Shown here: positions 1 through 13,500 of the stretch, one piece after another
How positions within the stretch are numbered: position 1 is the stretch's first letter
How the letters are laid out: each line of letters opens with the position of its first letter
NCBI GenBank assembly: GCA_032718475.1
Contig: JAUCBJ010009082.1
Location: 36,815-100,814, forward strand
From: Nemertoderma westbladi
Lineage: Eukaryota; Animalia; Xenacoelomorpha
Reading direction: 5' to 3'
DNA: 64,000 nt
Made by a program: the position numbers and the translations under genes
The notes under the pieces: generated by a model
Database searches by the model: none
Told to the model about the DNA's origin: nothing
The model's input: only the letters and a program-made list of their open reading frames with translations

Positions 1-3000
1 CAGTGTAAGCCAGTGAAATGTAGAAGCCATCTATCAGTGTAGGATAGTGGATTGTAGAAGCCATCCATCAGTGTAGGATAGTGGATTGTAGAAGCCACAC
101 ATCAGTGTAAGCCAGTGAAATGTAGAAGCCATCCATCAGTGTAGGATAGTGGATTGTAGAAGCCACCCATCAATGTAAGCCATTGAAATGTAGAAGCCAT
201 CCATCAGTGTAGGATAGTGGATTGTAGAAGCCACCCATCAATGTAAGCCATTGAAATGTAGAAGCCATCCATCAGTGTAGGATAGTGGATTGTAGAAGCC
301 ATCCATCAGTGTAAGCCATTGAAATGTAGAAGCCATCCATCAGTGTAAGCCAGTGAAATGTAGAAGCCATCCATCAATGTAAGCCAGTGAAATGTAGAAG
401 CCATCCATCAATGTAAGCCATTGAAATGTAGAGCCATCCATCAGTGTAGGATAGTGGATTGTAGAAGCTATCCATCAGTGTAGGATAGTAGATTGTAGAA
501 GCCATCCATCAGTGTAAGCCAGTGAAATGTAGAAGCCATCCATCAATGTAAGCCATTGAAATGTAGAAGCCATCCATCAGTGTAGGATAGTGGATTGTAG
601 AAGCTATCCATCAGTGTCCATCCAACAGTGTAAGCCAGTGAAATGTAGAAGCCATCCATCAGTGTAGGATAGTGGATTGTAGAAGCCATCCATCAGTGTA
701 AGCCATTGAAATGTAGAAACCATCCATCAGTGTAAGCCAGTGAAATGTAGAAGCCATCCATCAATGTAAGACATTGAAATGTAGAAGCCATCCATCAGTG
801 TAGGATAGTGGATTGTAGAAGCCATCCATCAGTGTAGGATAGTGGATTGTAGAAGCCATCCATCAGTGTAAGCCATTGAAATGTAGAAGCCATCCATCAG
901 TATAAGCCAGTGAAATGTAGAAGCCATCCATTAATGTAAGCCATTGATATGTAGAAGCCACCCATCAGTGTACGATAGTGGATTGTAGAAGCCATCCATG
1001 AGAGTAGGATAGTGGATTGTAGAAGCCATCCATCAGTGTAAGCCATTGAAATGTAGAAGCCATCCATCAGTGTAAGCCAGTGAAATGTAGAAGCCATCCA
1101 TCAATGTAAGCCATTGAAATGTAGAAGCCACCCATCAGTGTACGATAGTGGATTGTAGAAGCCATCCATCAGAGTAGGATAGTGGATTGTAGAAGCCACC
1201 CATCAATGTAAGCCAGTGAAATGTAGAAGCCATCTATCAGTGTAGGATAGTGGATTGTAGAAGCCACACATCAGTGTAAGCCAGTGAAATGTAGAAGCCA
1301 TCTATCAGTGTAGGATAGTGGATTGTAGAAGCCATCCATCAGTGTAGGATAGTGGATTGTAGAAGCCATCCATCAGTGTAAGCCATTGAAATGTAGAAGC
1401 CATCCATCAGTGTAGGATAGTGGATTGTAGAAGCCACACATCAGTGTAAGCCAGTGAAATGTAGAAGCCATCTATCAGTGTAGGATAGTGGATTGTAGAA
1501 GCCATCCATCAGTGTAGGATAGTGAATTGTAGAAGCCATCCATCAGTGTAAGCCATTGAAATGTAGAAGCCATCCATCAGTGTAAGCCAGTGAAATGTAG
1601 AAGCCATCCATCAATGTAAGCCATTGAAATGTAGAAGCCACCCATCAGTGTACGATAGTGGATTGTAGAAGCCATCCATCAGAGTAGGATAGTGGATTGT
1701 AGAAGCCACCCATCAATGTAAGCCAGTGAAATGTAGAAGCCACACATCAATGTAAGCCATTGAAATGTAGAAGCCATCCATCAGTGTAGGATAGTGGATC
1801 GTAGAAGCCACACATCAGTGTAAGCCAGTGAAATGTAGAAGCCATCCATCAGTGTAGGATAGTGGATTGTAGAAGCCACACATCAATGTAAGCCATTGAA
1901 ATGTAGAAGCCATCCATCAGTGTAGGATAGTGGATTGTAGAAGCCACCCATCAATGTAAGCCATTGAAATGAAGAAGCCATCCATCAGTGTAGGATAGTG
2001 GATTGTAGAAGCCATCCATCAGTGTAAGCCAGTGAAATGTAGAAGCCATCCATCAGTGTAATCCATTGAAATGTAGAAGCTATCCATCAGTGTAGGATAG
2101 TGGATTGTAGAAGCCATCCATCAGTGTAGGATAGTGGATTGTAGAAGCCATCCATCAGTGTAGGATAGTGGATTGTAGAAGCCATCCATCAGTGTAGGAT
2201 AGTGGATTATAAAAGCCACCCATCAATGTAAGCCAGTGAAATGTAGAAGCCACCCATCAATGAAAGCCATTGAAATGTAGAAGCCATCCATCAGTGTAGG
2301 ATAGTGGATTGTAGAAGCCACCCATCAGTGTAAGCCATTGAAATGTAGAAGCCATCCATCAGTGTAAGCCAGTGAAATGTAGAAGCCATCCATCAATGTA
2401 AGCCATTGAAATGTAGAAGCCATCCATCAGTGTAGGATAGTGGATTGTAGAAGCAATCCATCAGTGTCCATCCAACAGTGTAAGCCAGTGAAATGTAGAA
2501 GCCATCCATCAGTGTAGGATAGTGGATTGTAGAAGCCATCCATCAGTGTAAGCCATTGAAATGTAGAAGCCATCTATCAGTGTAAGCCAGTGAAATGTAG
2601 AAGCCATCCATCAATGTAAGCCATTGAAATGTAGAAGCCATCCATCAGTGTAGGATAGTGGATTGTAGAAGCCATCCATCAGTGTAAGCCATTGAAATGT
2701 AGAAGCCATCCATCAGTGTAAGCCAGTGAAATGTAGAAGCCATCCATCAATGTAAGCCATTGAAATGTAGAAGCCATCCATCAATGTAAGCCATTGAAAT
2801 GTAGAAGCCATCCATCAGTGTAGGATAGTGGATTGTAGAAGCCACACATCAGTGTAAGCCAGTGAAATGTAGAAGCCATCCATCAGTGTAGGATAGTGGA
2901 TTGTAGAAGCCATCCATCAGTGTAAGCCATTGAAATGTAGAAGCCATCCATCAGTGTAAGCCAGTGAAATGTAGAAGCCATCCATCAATGTAAGCCATTG

Positions 3001-6000
3001 AAATGTAGAAGCCATCCATCAGTGTAGGATAGTGGATTGTAGAAGCCACACATCAGTGTAAGCCAGTGAAATGTAGAAGCCATCCATCAGTGTAGGATAG
3101 TGGATTGTAGAAGCCATCCATCAGAGTAAGCCATTGAAATGTAGAAGCCATCCATCAGTGTAAGCCAGTGAAATGTAGAAGCCATCCATCAGTGTAGGAT
3201 AGTGGATTGTAGAAGCCATCCATCAGTGTAGGATAGTGGATTGTAGAAGCCAGCCATCAGTGTAGGATAGTGGATTGTAGAAGCCAGCCATCAGTGTAAG
3301 TCAGTGAAATGTAGACGCCATCCATCAGTGTAGGATAGTGGATTGTAGAAGCCATTCATCAGTGTAGGATAGTGGATTGTAGAAGCCATCCATCAGTGTA
3401 AGCCATTGAAATGTAGAAGCCATCCATCAGTGTAAGCCAGTGAAATGTAGAAGCCATCCATCAGTGTAGGATAGTGGATTGTAGAAGCCACACATCAGTG
3501 TAGGATAGTGGATTGTAGAAGCCATCTTTCAGTGTAAGCCAGTGAAATGTAGAAGCCATATATCAGTGTAAGCCATTGAAATGTAGAAGCCATCCATCAG
3601 TGTAAGCCAGTGAAATGTAGAAGCCATCCATCAGTGTAGGATAGTGGATTGTAGAAGCCACACATCAGTGTAGGATAGTGGATTGTAGAAGCCATCTATC
3701 AGTGTAAGCCAGTGAAATGTAGAAGCCATCCATCAGTGTAGGATAGTGGATTGTAGAAGCCACACATCAGTGTAGGATAGTGGATTGAAGAAGCCACACA
3801 TCAGTGTAAGCCAGTGAAATGTAGAAGCCATCTATCAGTGTAAGCCATTGAAATGTAGAAGCCATCCATCAGTGTAAGCCAGTGAAATGTAGAAGCCATC
3901 CATCAGTGTAGGATAGTGGATTGTAGAAGCCACACATCAGTGTAGGATAGTGGATTGTATAAGCCATCCATCAGTGTTAGCCAGTGAAATGTAGAAGCCA
4001 TCCATCAGTGTAAGCCAGTGAAATGTAGAAGCCATCCATCAGTGTAGGATAGTGGATTGTAGAAGCCACCCATCAATGTAAGCCATTGAAATGTAGAAGC
4101 CATCTATTAGTGTAAGCCATTGAAATGTAGAAGCCATCTATCAGTGTAGGATAGTGGAGTGTAAAAGCTATCCATCAGTGTAAGCCAGTGGAATGTAGAA
4201 GCCATCCATCAGTGCAAGCCATTGAAATGTAGAAGCCATCCATCAGTGTAGGATAGTGGATTGTAGAAGCCATCCATCAGTGTCCATCCTACAGTGAAAG
4301 CCAGTGGAATGCTGAAGCCATCCATCAGTGTAGGATAGTGGATTGTAGAAGCCACACATCAGTGTAAGCCAGTGAAATGTAGAAGCCATCCATCAGTGTA
4401 GGATAGTGGATTGTAGAAGCCATCCATCAGTGTAAGCCATTGAAATGTAGAAGCCATCCATCAGTGTAAGCCAGTGAAATGTAGAAGCCATCCATCAATG
4501 TAAGCCATTGAAATGTAGAAGCCATCCATCAGTGTAGGATAGTGGATTGTAGAAGCCACACATCAGTGTAAGCCAGTGAAATGTAGAAGCCATCCATCAG
4601 TGTAGGATAGTGGATTGTAGAAGCCATCCATCAGAGTAAGCCATTGAAATGTAGAAGCCATCCATCAGTGTAAGCCAGTGAAATGTAGAAGCCATCCATC
4701 AGTGTAGGATAGTGGATTGTAGAAGCCATCCATCAGTGTAGGATAGTGGATTGTAGAAGCCAGCCATCAGTGTAGGATAGTGGATTGTAGAAGCCAGCCA
4801 TCAGTGTAAGTCAGTGAAATGTAGACGCCATCCATCAGTGTAGGATAGTGGATTGTAGAAGCCATTCATCAGTGTAGGATAGTGGATTGTAGAAGCCATC
4901 CATCAGTGTAAGCCATTGAAATGTAGAAGCCATCCATCAGTGTAAGCCAGTGAAATGTAGAAGCCATCCATCAGTGTAGGATAGTGGATTGTAGAAGCCA
5001 CACATCAGTGTAGGATAGTGGATTGTAGAAGCCATCTTTCAGTGTAAGCCAGTGAAATGTAGAAGCCATATATCAGTGTAAGCCATTGAAATGTAGAAGC
5101 CATCCATCAGTGTAAGCCAGTGAAATGTAGAAGCCATCCATCAGTGTAGGATAGTGGATTGTAGAAGCCACACATCAGTGTAGGATAGTGGATTGTAGAA
5201 GCCATCTATCAGTGTAAGCCAGTGAAATGTAGAAGCCATCCATCAGTGTAGGATAGTGGATTGTAGAAGCCACACATCAGTGTAGGATAGTGGATTGTAG
5301 AAGCCACACATCAGTGTAAGCCAGTGAAATGTAGAAGCCATCTATCAGTGTAAGCCATTGAAATGTAGAAGCCATCCATCAGTGTAAGCCAGTGAAATGT
5401 AGAAGCCATCCATCAGTGTAGGATAGTGGATTGTAGAAGCCACACATCAGTGTAGGATAGTGGATTGTATAAGCCATCCATCAGTGTAAGCCAGTGAAAT
5501 GTAGAAGCCATCCATCAGTGTAAGCCAGTGAAATGTAGAAGCCATCCATCAGTGTAGGATAGTGGTTTGTAGAAGCCACCCATCAATGTAAGCCATTGAA
5601 ATGTAGAAGCCATCTATTAGTGTAAGCCATTGAAATGTAGAAGCCATCTATCAGTGTAGGATAGTGGAGTGTAAAAGCTATCCATCAGTGTAAGCCAGTG
5701 GAATGTAGAAGCCATCCATCAGTGCAAGCCATTGAAATGTAGAAGCCATCCATCAGTGTAGGATAGTGGATTGTAGAAGCCATCCATCAGTGTCCATCCT
5801 ACAGTGAAAGCCAGTGGAATGCTGAAGCCATCCATCAGTGTAGGATAGTGGATTGTAGAAGCCATCCATCAATGTAAGCCAGTGAAATGTAGAAGCCATC
5901 CATCAGTGTAAGCCATTGAAATGTAGAACCCATCCATCAGTGTAGGATAGTGGAGTGTAGAAGCTATCCATCAGTGTCCATCCAACAGTGTAAGCCAGTG

Positions 6001-6033
6001 AAATGTAGAAGCCATCCATCAGTGTAAGCCATT
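1..6033. repeat. 34-bp tandem satellite with two interspersed monomer types, truncated by the window start
   Basis: Units CAGTGTAAGCCA(G/T)TGAAATGTAGAAGCCATCCAT and CAGTGTAGGATAGTGGATTGTAGAAGCCATCCAT repeat continuously to ~6033. Confidence 0.97.
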
Positions 6034-6969
6034 ACACTAAGTAAGTTATAAATTTAGGTAATCTGCATTTTGGACGAAGGTTAAGCTGTCAGAATAATAT
6101 ATCATGTCCAGAAATATGGTGTTGTAATTCAGGTACATGGAGCAAAAAACTAAACAACTTGTATGAATTTGACGGCGATATTGACCTATCGTTTATTGCT
6201 CTTGGGGGACTATTGACTCACAGGTCACCTCGGCGAATTACCAATGTTAATTATCAATTAAAGGAAAGTGTATAAATACTGATGCACTCTCGTTAAAGGA
6301 AAGGACTAGAGTACAGGGAAACGTTATTATCACCAAAACAATAAACGGGTATCATATCAGTTCTATTATTACAATTATATTTTTGTGATTGCGTCATGAC
6401 TCAAGAGACTCCCTCCCTTCCCATTCAGTGCATTATTATGTAAAAAAGTAAATTTTCTTCGGTTCACCTCCATAAATAATATCAGTATATTTTCATTAGA
6501 TATTTACAGACATCATACATGACATGATATCGATACCAAAATATCGGTCAAGTATACAGAATACAACATAATATAGATTTAGATTCAATACCACATCAGA
6601 TAGAAATGATAAAAGATACTAACAACACAATACATTAAATGTCTTTATCATTAAAGGGATCAAAATTGTTGATTACTTAAAAAATACAATTATCTATTGA
6701 TTAATGATGCCTAGATTGGAACAACATTACATTGAAAAGAACGTTTGAAGAAACATTAATATTAGCCTAATTGATAATTATCAATTAACATTAATAAGCG
6801 TTGAAATATACTATAATAATTAATATATTGCAAATTTAATTGCGAAACAGCGGTGTTCAATTGTAGATGTTGTTTTCTGATTATTTTCCCCACATACATA
6901 CATACATACATTTCGAAAATCGTTTGGCGCCGTAAGAAGTATTAATTTTAGGAAATAAAAATATAGGTA

Positions 6970-7076
6970 TCTTATACAAGTAGATAATAATGATCTAGGC
7001 CAGACCAAGTTTGTATATATGTTCTTATACAAGTAGATAATAATGATCTAGGCCAGACCAAGTTTGTATATATGTT
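6970..7076. repeat. 53-bp direct tandem duplication
   Basis: TCTTATACAAGTAGATAATAATGATCTAGGCCAGACCAAGTTTGTATATATGT at 6970 and 7023. Confidence 0.9.
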
Positions 7077-7083
7077 ACACGAA

Positions 7084-7585
7084 GTGGGGACTTCGCGCAG
7101 CACGAAGTTGGCGAAGCCTTAGCGAATTGACACTGTTAGGGGGTGGGTCAATTTATGCAAATAGTTGTCGTTGTCACGTTGGCCCTCTAGCGGCAGACTG
7201 GAGAACTGCAGATGGATTCGCCTCCTTTGAAAGTCACAGCTAATGGTCTAATACATATCTGCCAAGTTTCAGCTTAAACGGATTAAAAACAAAGAAATGG
7301 GAGGGCATTTAATGTTTAGACATGTGGCCCTCTAGCGGGAGACCATTGCACTGATGGTGTCTGAAAGTCTCTCAAAAATCTCAACTGTTGCTCATATTGA
7401 TACCTACAAATTTTCAACTTGGCAGCGTTAAATCCGACAAAGTTATTAGCATGTCAAAATCGTAACGACGACGACAACGACGACGACGACAACGACGACG
7501 ACGACGACAACTATTTGCATAAATTGACCCACCCCCTAACAGTGTCAATTCGCTAAGGCTCCGCCAACTTCGTGGCTCGCCCCAC
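7084..7585. mobile_element. Non-autonomous DNA element (MITE/HINE-like) with ~70-bp subterminal inverted repeats and (ACG)n microsatellite
   Basis: 7101-7170 is the reverse complement of 7505-7574 (1 mismatch). Termini are GTGGGG/CCCCAC. An (ACG/ACA)n tract lies at ~7466-7510. The right end CTTCGTGGCTCGCCCCACAAG recurs at ~38147-38168. Confidence 0.75.
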
Positions 7586-10535
7586 AAGAATCCATTAGAC
7601 AGTAACTGTGTCGTGCAGAACTCTAAATAACAATAAATGGAAACGGTCCCACTACATAATACTCACAGGTGTTAAGGTACCGATATGCTCATTGTTCATA
7701 CCTAACGGAACGGTACACCACGCGGTGATCCGCAAGGCCAGCGGTACAACGTTGAGTGTGTACGACACAGTGGTATGTGAACAGTAAATGATCTTGATTA
7801 CTGTTGACTGAGAACGACCAAACATGTAGTTGTACGCTGGCTTACCGCTTCAGTACCACTAGAATGGATCAATAGGGATAAAACTAGCTGTCAAAGGGTA
7901 GTTTATCGTTCACGCCCTGGTGATTGTGAACGCTGAACAGGCTTTTACGAATATACCTGTACACAAAATCATTCTCAAAAATATTTAATGGAAATAAAGA
8001 AACAACTATATGTAATTGATATTGTTAGGCCTATCCCTATATATCGGTAAATAATTCAATACTGACCGATCCCTGTCAGTATATATAACTCTTATATAGG
8101 CCTAATCACCTTCAAACGTGAATAATTTGGAACTTAAAACTAGTTTAAATTGGTATTTCCCATAATTGATATCAAAATACGGGCTGACAAATATCATGTA
8201 CAGATATTTAATAGAGTTTTCGCTTGAACTTAACTTGATGCTTAATATTATTTAGTAATAATATGTAAAGCAACTTCAGGCGTACCGGTAATGTATAGTA
8301 AATGGGAGGGTACATAGAACCCATTTCCCCTATTAAGAGGATTAAAGCATAGATTATGCTAAATGTTCCGGTACCATGATCACTGACCAGACAATGAAAT
8401 ACATAATTCGACAATTACCGGTATATATATATATATATATTATAATAATAGTAATAATAAGATATATCAAATGTCTGCCTGACCAAACAATAAGACCATA
8501 GACCTACTACATACCCAATATATTGTATGTTGGGTTCGGTAACCAAAGCCTCCGCCATAGCCATACAAAACATTCTGGGTGGTTTGGGATTCGGTAAATG
8601 ATTAGAGAAACAAATTCTAGGTCAATCAATACATGGAAATTTTATTTAAGATATATTTAATTCTTATTGCCATATGCTAATTATGTATACATTAACCATA
8701 ACAGTAATTTAGTATTACTATTTCTCAAAAAATACACCACATTACATTACAAAAAATACTCAGGTCGGATATTGGTCAATATCTGTCGGATATTATACAA
8801 GACATTTGACCAGAGCGGAAATCTGGTACATCATTATCATTACAATATGTATGTATAAATCGAATATTTAAATCGTCTCTTAATTTACGTGAATGAGCCG
8901 CCCCCCACCCCCCCCCCCCCCCCTGCCCTTAATTTTTCTGCAAATTTTATTGAGATTGTATGGAATCCATAAGTAAGCAACCCTAGGCAGCAGCTGTTGG
9001 ACAGACTAGTGGACCCATGTGAGGTATACCAGACTTTCTTCTGTTAATCTGTAATTTTACTTTGCAGTTTATCCCCATGTGAAGAATACCAGATCAGATA
9101 TCTACGTAATTTAATTGACGATCTCTATCACACTACAGGCACCACTTTTTAAATAGAAAACATCAGTGTTATTTTATTCGGCGGACTTGGCAGCTTTATG
9201 ACTTGGGGTTGGGGAGTTTTGTAGTTACTGACTGGGATATTGGTTTTTTTTTTTTAGGTTAGGGTTTGTTGGTCAGGCACAAACCATAATTAAAACATTA
9301 ATTGAACATAAATTACAGAAAAATCCTTAGATTAGAGACTCATGACTTATGGTTAGGGTTCAATTACTGCTTTAACACGTTTGCTTTGGGTCGTCACTCT
9401 TGTAACCTGTGAGAGGACCACGTGAACCGTGAAAAAGTGGCACCTCTAGTGCGATATCCCCAACTATATCATACGGTACATCAAATATAAATAGTTAGCA
9501 TATACTTTATATTTATGTAAACATTACTTTGATACGTACATCCTATACCGGTAAATTCGTACATTAATGTATGAAATATATTATACATAAATAGGTAGAT
9601 GGATATCATATTATATCATATACAGTACCGGTATAAACTATAATTTGCTTATAAGGAAAATTTATATATAATAATAAGTACAATGAGCAGAAACTAAGTA
9701 TATCGACAAGGATATGGATGGATAAAACTACCAGCTCGATAACTCGTTATGAGCGATGTACCTACGTATATACTATACATACGGTACATCAGACACAAAT
9801 ATATTATCTGGATATGCGATGTCTGTTTACCTCACTACACTATGGCGGGAACATTAGTCCCTCCCAACTGACATACAGTAAAAATATTTGCCGTGTTCTT
9901 GAGAAGTATGTATGCATATGTTACATATACATAATTGGAGGATCGTTTTGTTTAATGGTAGAACAGTACCGGTACTCTAGTTGTAGCTTAGAAAATAAGT
10001 ATCACTCTAGGCCTACCTACAGTGTTGTACATACTATACAGATATCATAGTAATACTACAGTACAGTCTCTAAAATAAATAGGACGAACCTTCCGTACAT
10101 ATCCCGGAACGGTACTAGAAAGGTTTATTACAAATCTGAGAAATGTGTGTACCGGTACCGGTATACATACCGTATATACTAAATGAAGCATATACGGGAT
10201 ATATACATCAATACGACCATTCCCAGTGCAACTACCAACTACTGCAATAACAATGAGACATAAAATCATGAAATATAAATGCCCAACAAAATAGTAGAAC
10301 ACTGTTGGACGGATTGGATAATGTATAATATACTTCCAAATCCAAAGTGACGAGTATAATGAAGATAACTTGTTAATGTTAGTGATGTAAAATGTTTCCG
10401 AACAAGCCATATATAACATTCTGTCGATTCATATCGATTCAGTTATCTCAGTCAAAAATAATATGAACGCTGAACGGCCTAGCCTAGCAATGTCATTAAG
10501 AGCAATGAAACAACATAATGGTCCTGAATTGAACA

Positions 10536-13500
10536 TTAGAAACCACCCCTGCCTCGTTTATTTGGCCCACCACGTTGACCTCTTCCTCCACCACGGAAGG
10601 ATGACTTCCCTGAATTCGTTCCCCTGGTAGCAAATTTCCCTCTTCCAGAATTTCCACGATTTCCTCTACCAGAACTTCCACGATTTCCTCTACCAGAATT
10701 TCCACGATTTCCTCTACCAGAATGTTGTTGATTTCCTCCACGACCCCCACCAGCTGATCCTCCAGAACCATGGTGACTATAATCATCTCCACCATAACTT
10801 TGATTCGGGAATTGTTGTTCACTGTGGGCGGGAGGCCATGGGCCACCAACTGATGCATTTCCTCCTGTAAGAAATGGTGGGTGAGCAGCCCCTGTTGTGC
10901 CTGTTTGCTGCCTAGCAACAGCGTATCGAGGTTGGCTGGGGGGACCACATGGCCGTTGTGGTGGTGTTGCAAACTGACTCTGAGGTTGGTAAGGTTCAGT
11001 CAATGAAGGACGATGATGTTGGTTAGCAATGGGCACATCCAACAGAGATGGCAGATTTGGTGTCTGAGTTGAGTTAAAAGAAGCAACCTGTGAAGGTTGA
11101 CTTGATGGCGGAGCATTAGAGTAAGGGTGTTGGTATGGAGCAGTAGACACTGATTGACTTGAGAAATTATAAGGAACTCTTCCAGATCTTGATTGATTAG
11201 ACTGTTGTGGCTGCTGAAATGGTGAACCAGTTCCTGGTTGATTTGTTTGATGTGGCTGTTGATATGGTGAACCAGTTCCTGGTTGATTTGCCTGATGTGG
11301 CTGTTGATATTGTGAATCAATCTTACCTGATTGATTTGTCTGTAGTCGCTGTTGATATGGTGAGCCAGAACCTTCTTGATTTGTATGAGGTTGCTTATTT
11401 GTATCACTGCCTGAGCGAATTAGCTGCTGCTGATACTGATATGTTCCTGGTTGATTTGAATGACGAATGTCGAATATCGTTTGCTGATGCTGATGCTGAT
11501 ATTGGCTAGCGCTAACAGCAGGTGGCTGATGCATATATGGATCAATATTCGATTGACTTGATTTTGATTGAGGTTCTGCTTGATGAACAGACTGTTGTAT
11601 AGAAGACATCTGATAGGATGGATTATCTTTGTTAACCCCACCATGTGTAGGAGGATAGTTTGAATGTCCACTATCTGCAAATTGTAGAGATGGAGAGTTA
11701 CTGTATGAAGGATGATGTGATCTATGAGCTGTATTAGCTTCAGACCACTGATCCACTTGGCTTCCATAGGAAGGTCTCATATCATTGCCTCTACCACCAC
11801 GCTGCTGGTCTCCTGATGCAGCTGTTTGTGTGGGCTTATATGATTGAACAGTGTTAGAAAAATGTGAGTCAACAGAAGAAGGATTTGGGGGAACATCTGA
11901 CTCGTTGGTATAGTAATGAACAGATGTATCAGGATTTGTGTATATGCTCTTGCCAAAGATATCTTGTTGGGAATGGTAATTTGCATCTGAAGCAAAATTA
12001 GTAGGCCTAGTGTTATTATAAGCTAGTTCATGTGAACGGGACTGTGAAGCTGCATTTACATCACTGTAATGACTTGTCTTCTCAGATTGATCAGAAATTG
12101 ACAATGTAGGCGTAGGTGTAACAAAAGATTGGGTTGCCTGTGGCTTTAAGCCAGGTGGAGGCTCCCCTAAAATTGAACCAGTTGGTTGAGTGGAGTTAGG
12201 ATATGGTTGAGGAAGTATCGTGCTGGCTTGTAATGGATATCCTCCACCATATGGGACATGGCTAACAGGTTGTGGTGGTATATACGGTAAAGGTGGAGGA
12301 CCAGCAGGTGGAATGCCAACACTAGGTAATGCAGGGGCATAGGCATTAGGAACAGGTGCCATAATCATACCTGGCATAGGCATGGGGTATGCTGGATAGC
12401 CTGCAGGAAACTGCTGGTTTGGATAAGCTCCCAATAAAGGTGGTACAGTTTGGAATCCAGGTTGATAGAATGTGCCATACTGTGCAGAAACCATTGAAGG
12501 ATTAGTACCGGTACCACTTTGTGAAGATGGTTGCGATGTAGCAGTTGGAGGATCAACTGTTGCTGGTGTTTTTTGGGAAATCACAGGCTTCTGAATCTCA
12601 GGATATATATTGGTGGTACTGTCTGCAGCATCTTCATCTACATCTACAAACACCATTTCGTAACGATGAGTTCTAGTGTTGTATACCCTTCTCTGCTTTT
12701 TATTGGACAATCGCTTTGAATGATAATCATTACTGCTTGTTCGCTTTTTTGAATCTTTGTATTGTAAAGGTGATGGAGATCGTCTAACCTTGCTATATCG
12801 CCCTGATTCAAAAGAAGAATCCCTTTTCAAATGTTGTTTCTCATATGTTGCAGAATGTTGTAATGGCTGATAAGACATCTTGAAGACACTTTCACTAGGT
12901 TTAGACAAACTGGATAGTAATTTGTTAACCGTTTGCAATGTTGCCTCTGCTGATGCATCTCTCTCAACACTAGAATTCGATTGAACACCACAACTTTTTT
13001 CAAGCTTATCAACACTACCTGAAACATCTTTCTCAGATATTGGACCCACCTTCCCCATAACATCAGTTTCTTGGACTTTCAGCGATTCATTATCCGATAT
13101 TATAGACCGTTTTTGCACTGATTCAATGATTTCACCTGAAGCTTGAACTATATTACATCCAGTGTCAGCTGTATGTGATTCATTTGTTGATGTGTGACTT
13201 ACTACTTGAGTACCTGTTATTAATTGTTTGTTTGAATTATCTAGTTCATGACCTGCATCACTATGACTACCATCTCTTGTTTCCTTGATTTCTAAACCTC
13301 TTTTGATCTCTGACCCTGACTGGTTTATATTAGTAGGATCACTCTTAGTATAATGATGCTCACTTAACTTGTCCTTAACAGATCCACTAATTGTAAATTC
13401 ATCCTTGGCGGATCTCCTCTGAACGTTGCCCTTTCCTTTTGCACTGAGTTCACTATCCAATTTCAGATCTTCAATTAAATCATCTCGAACATCAACAGAT

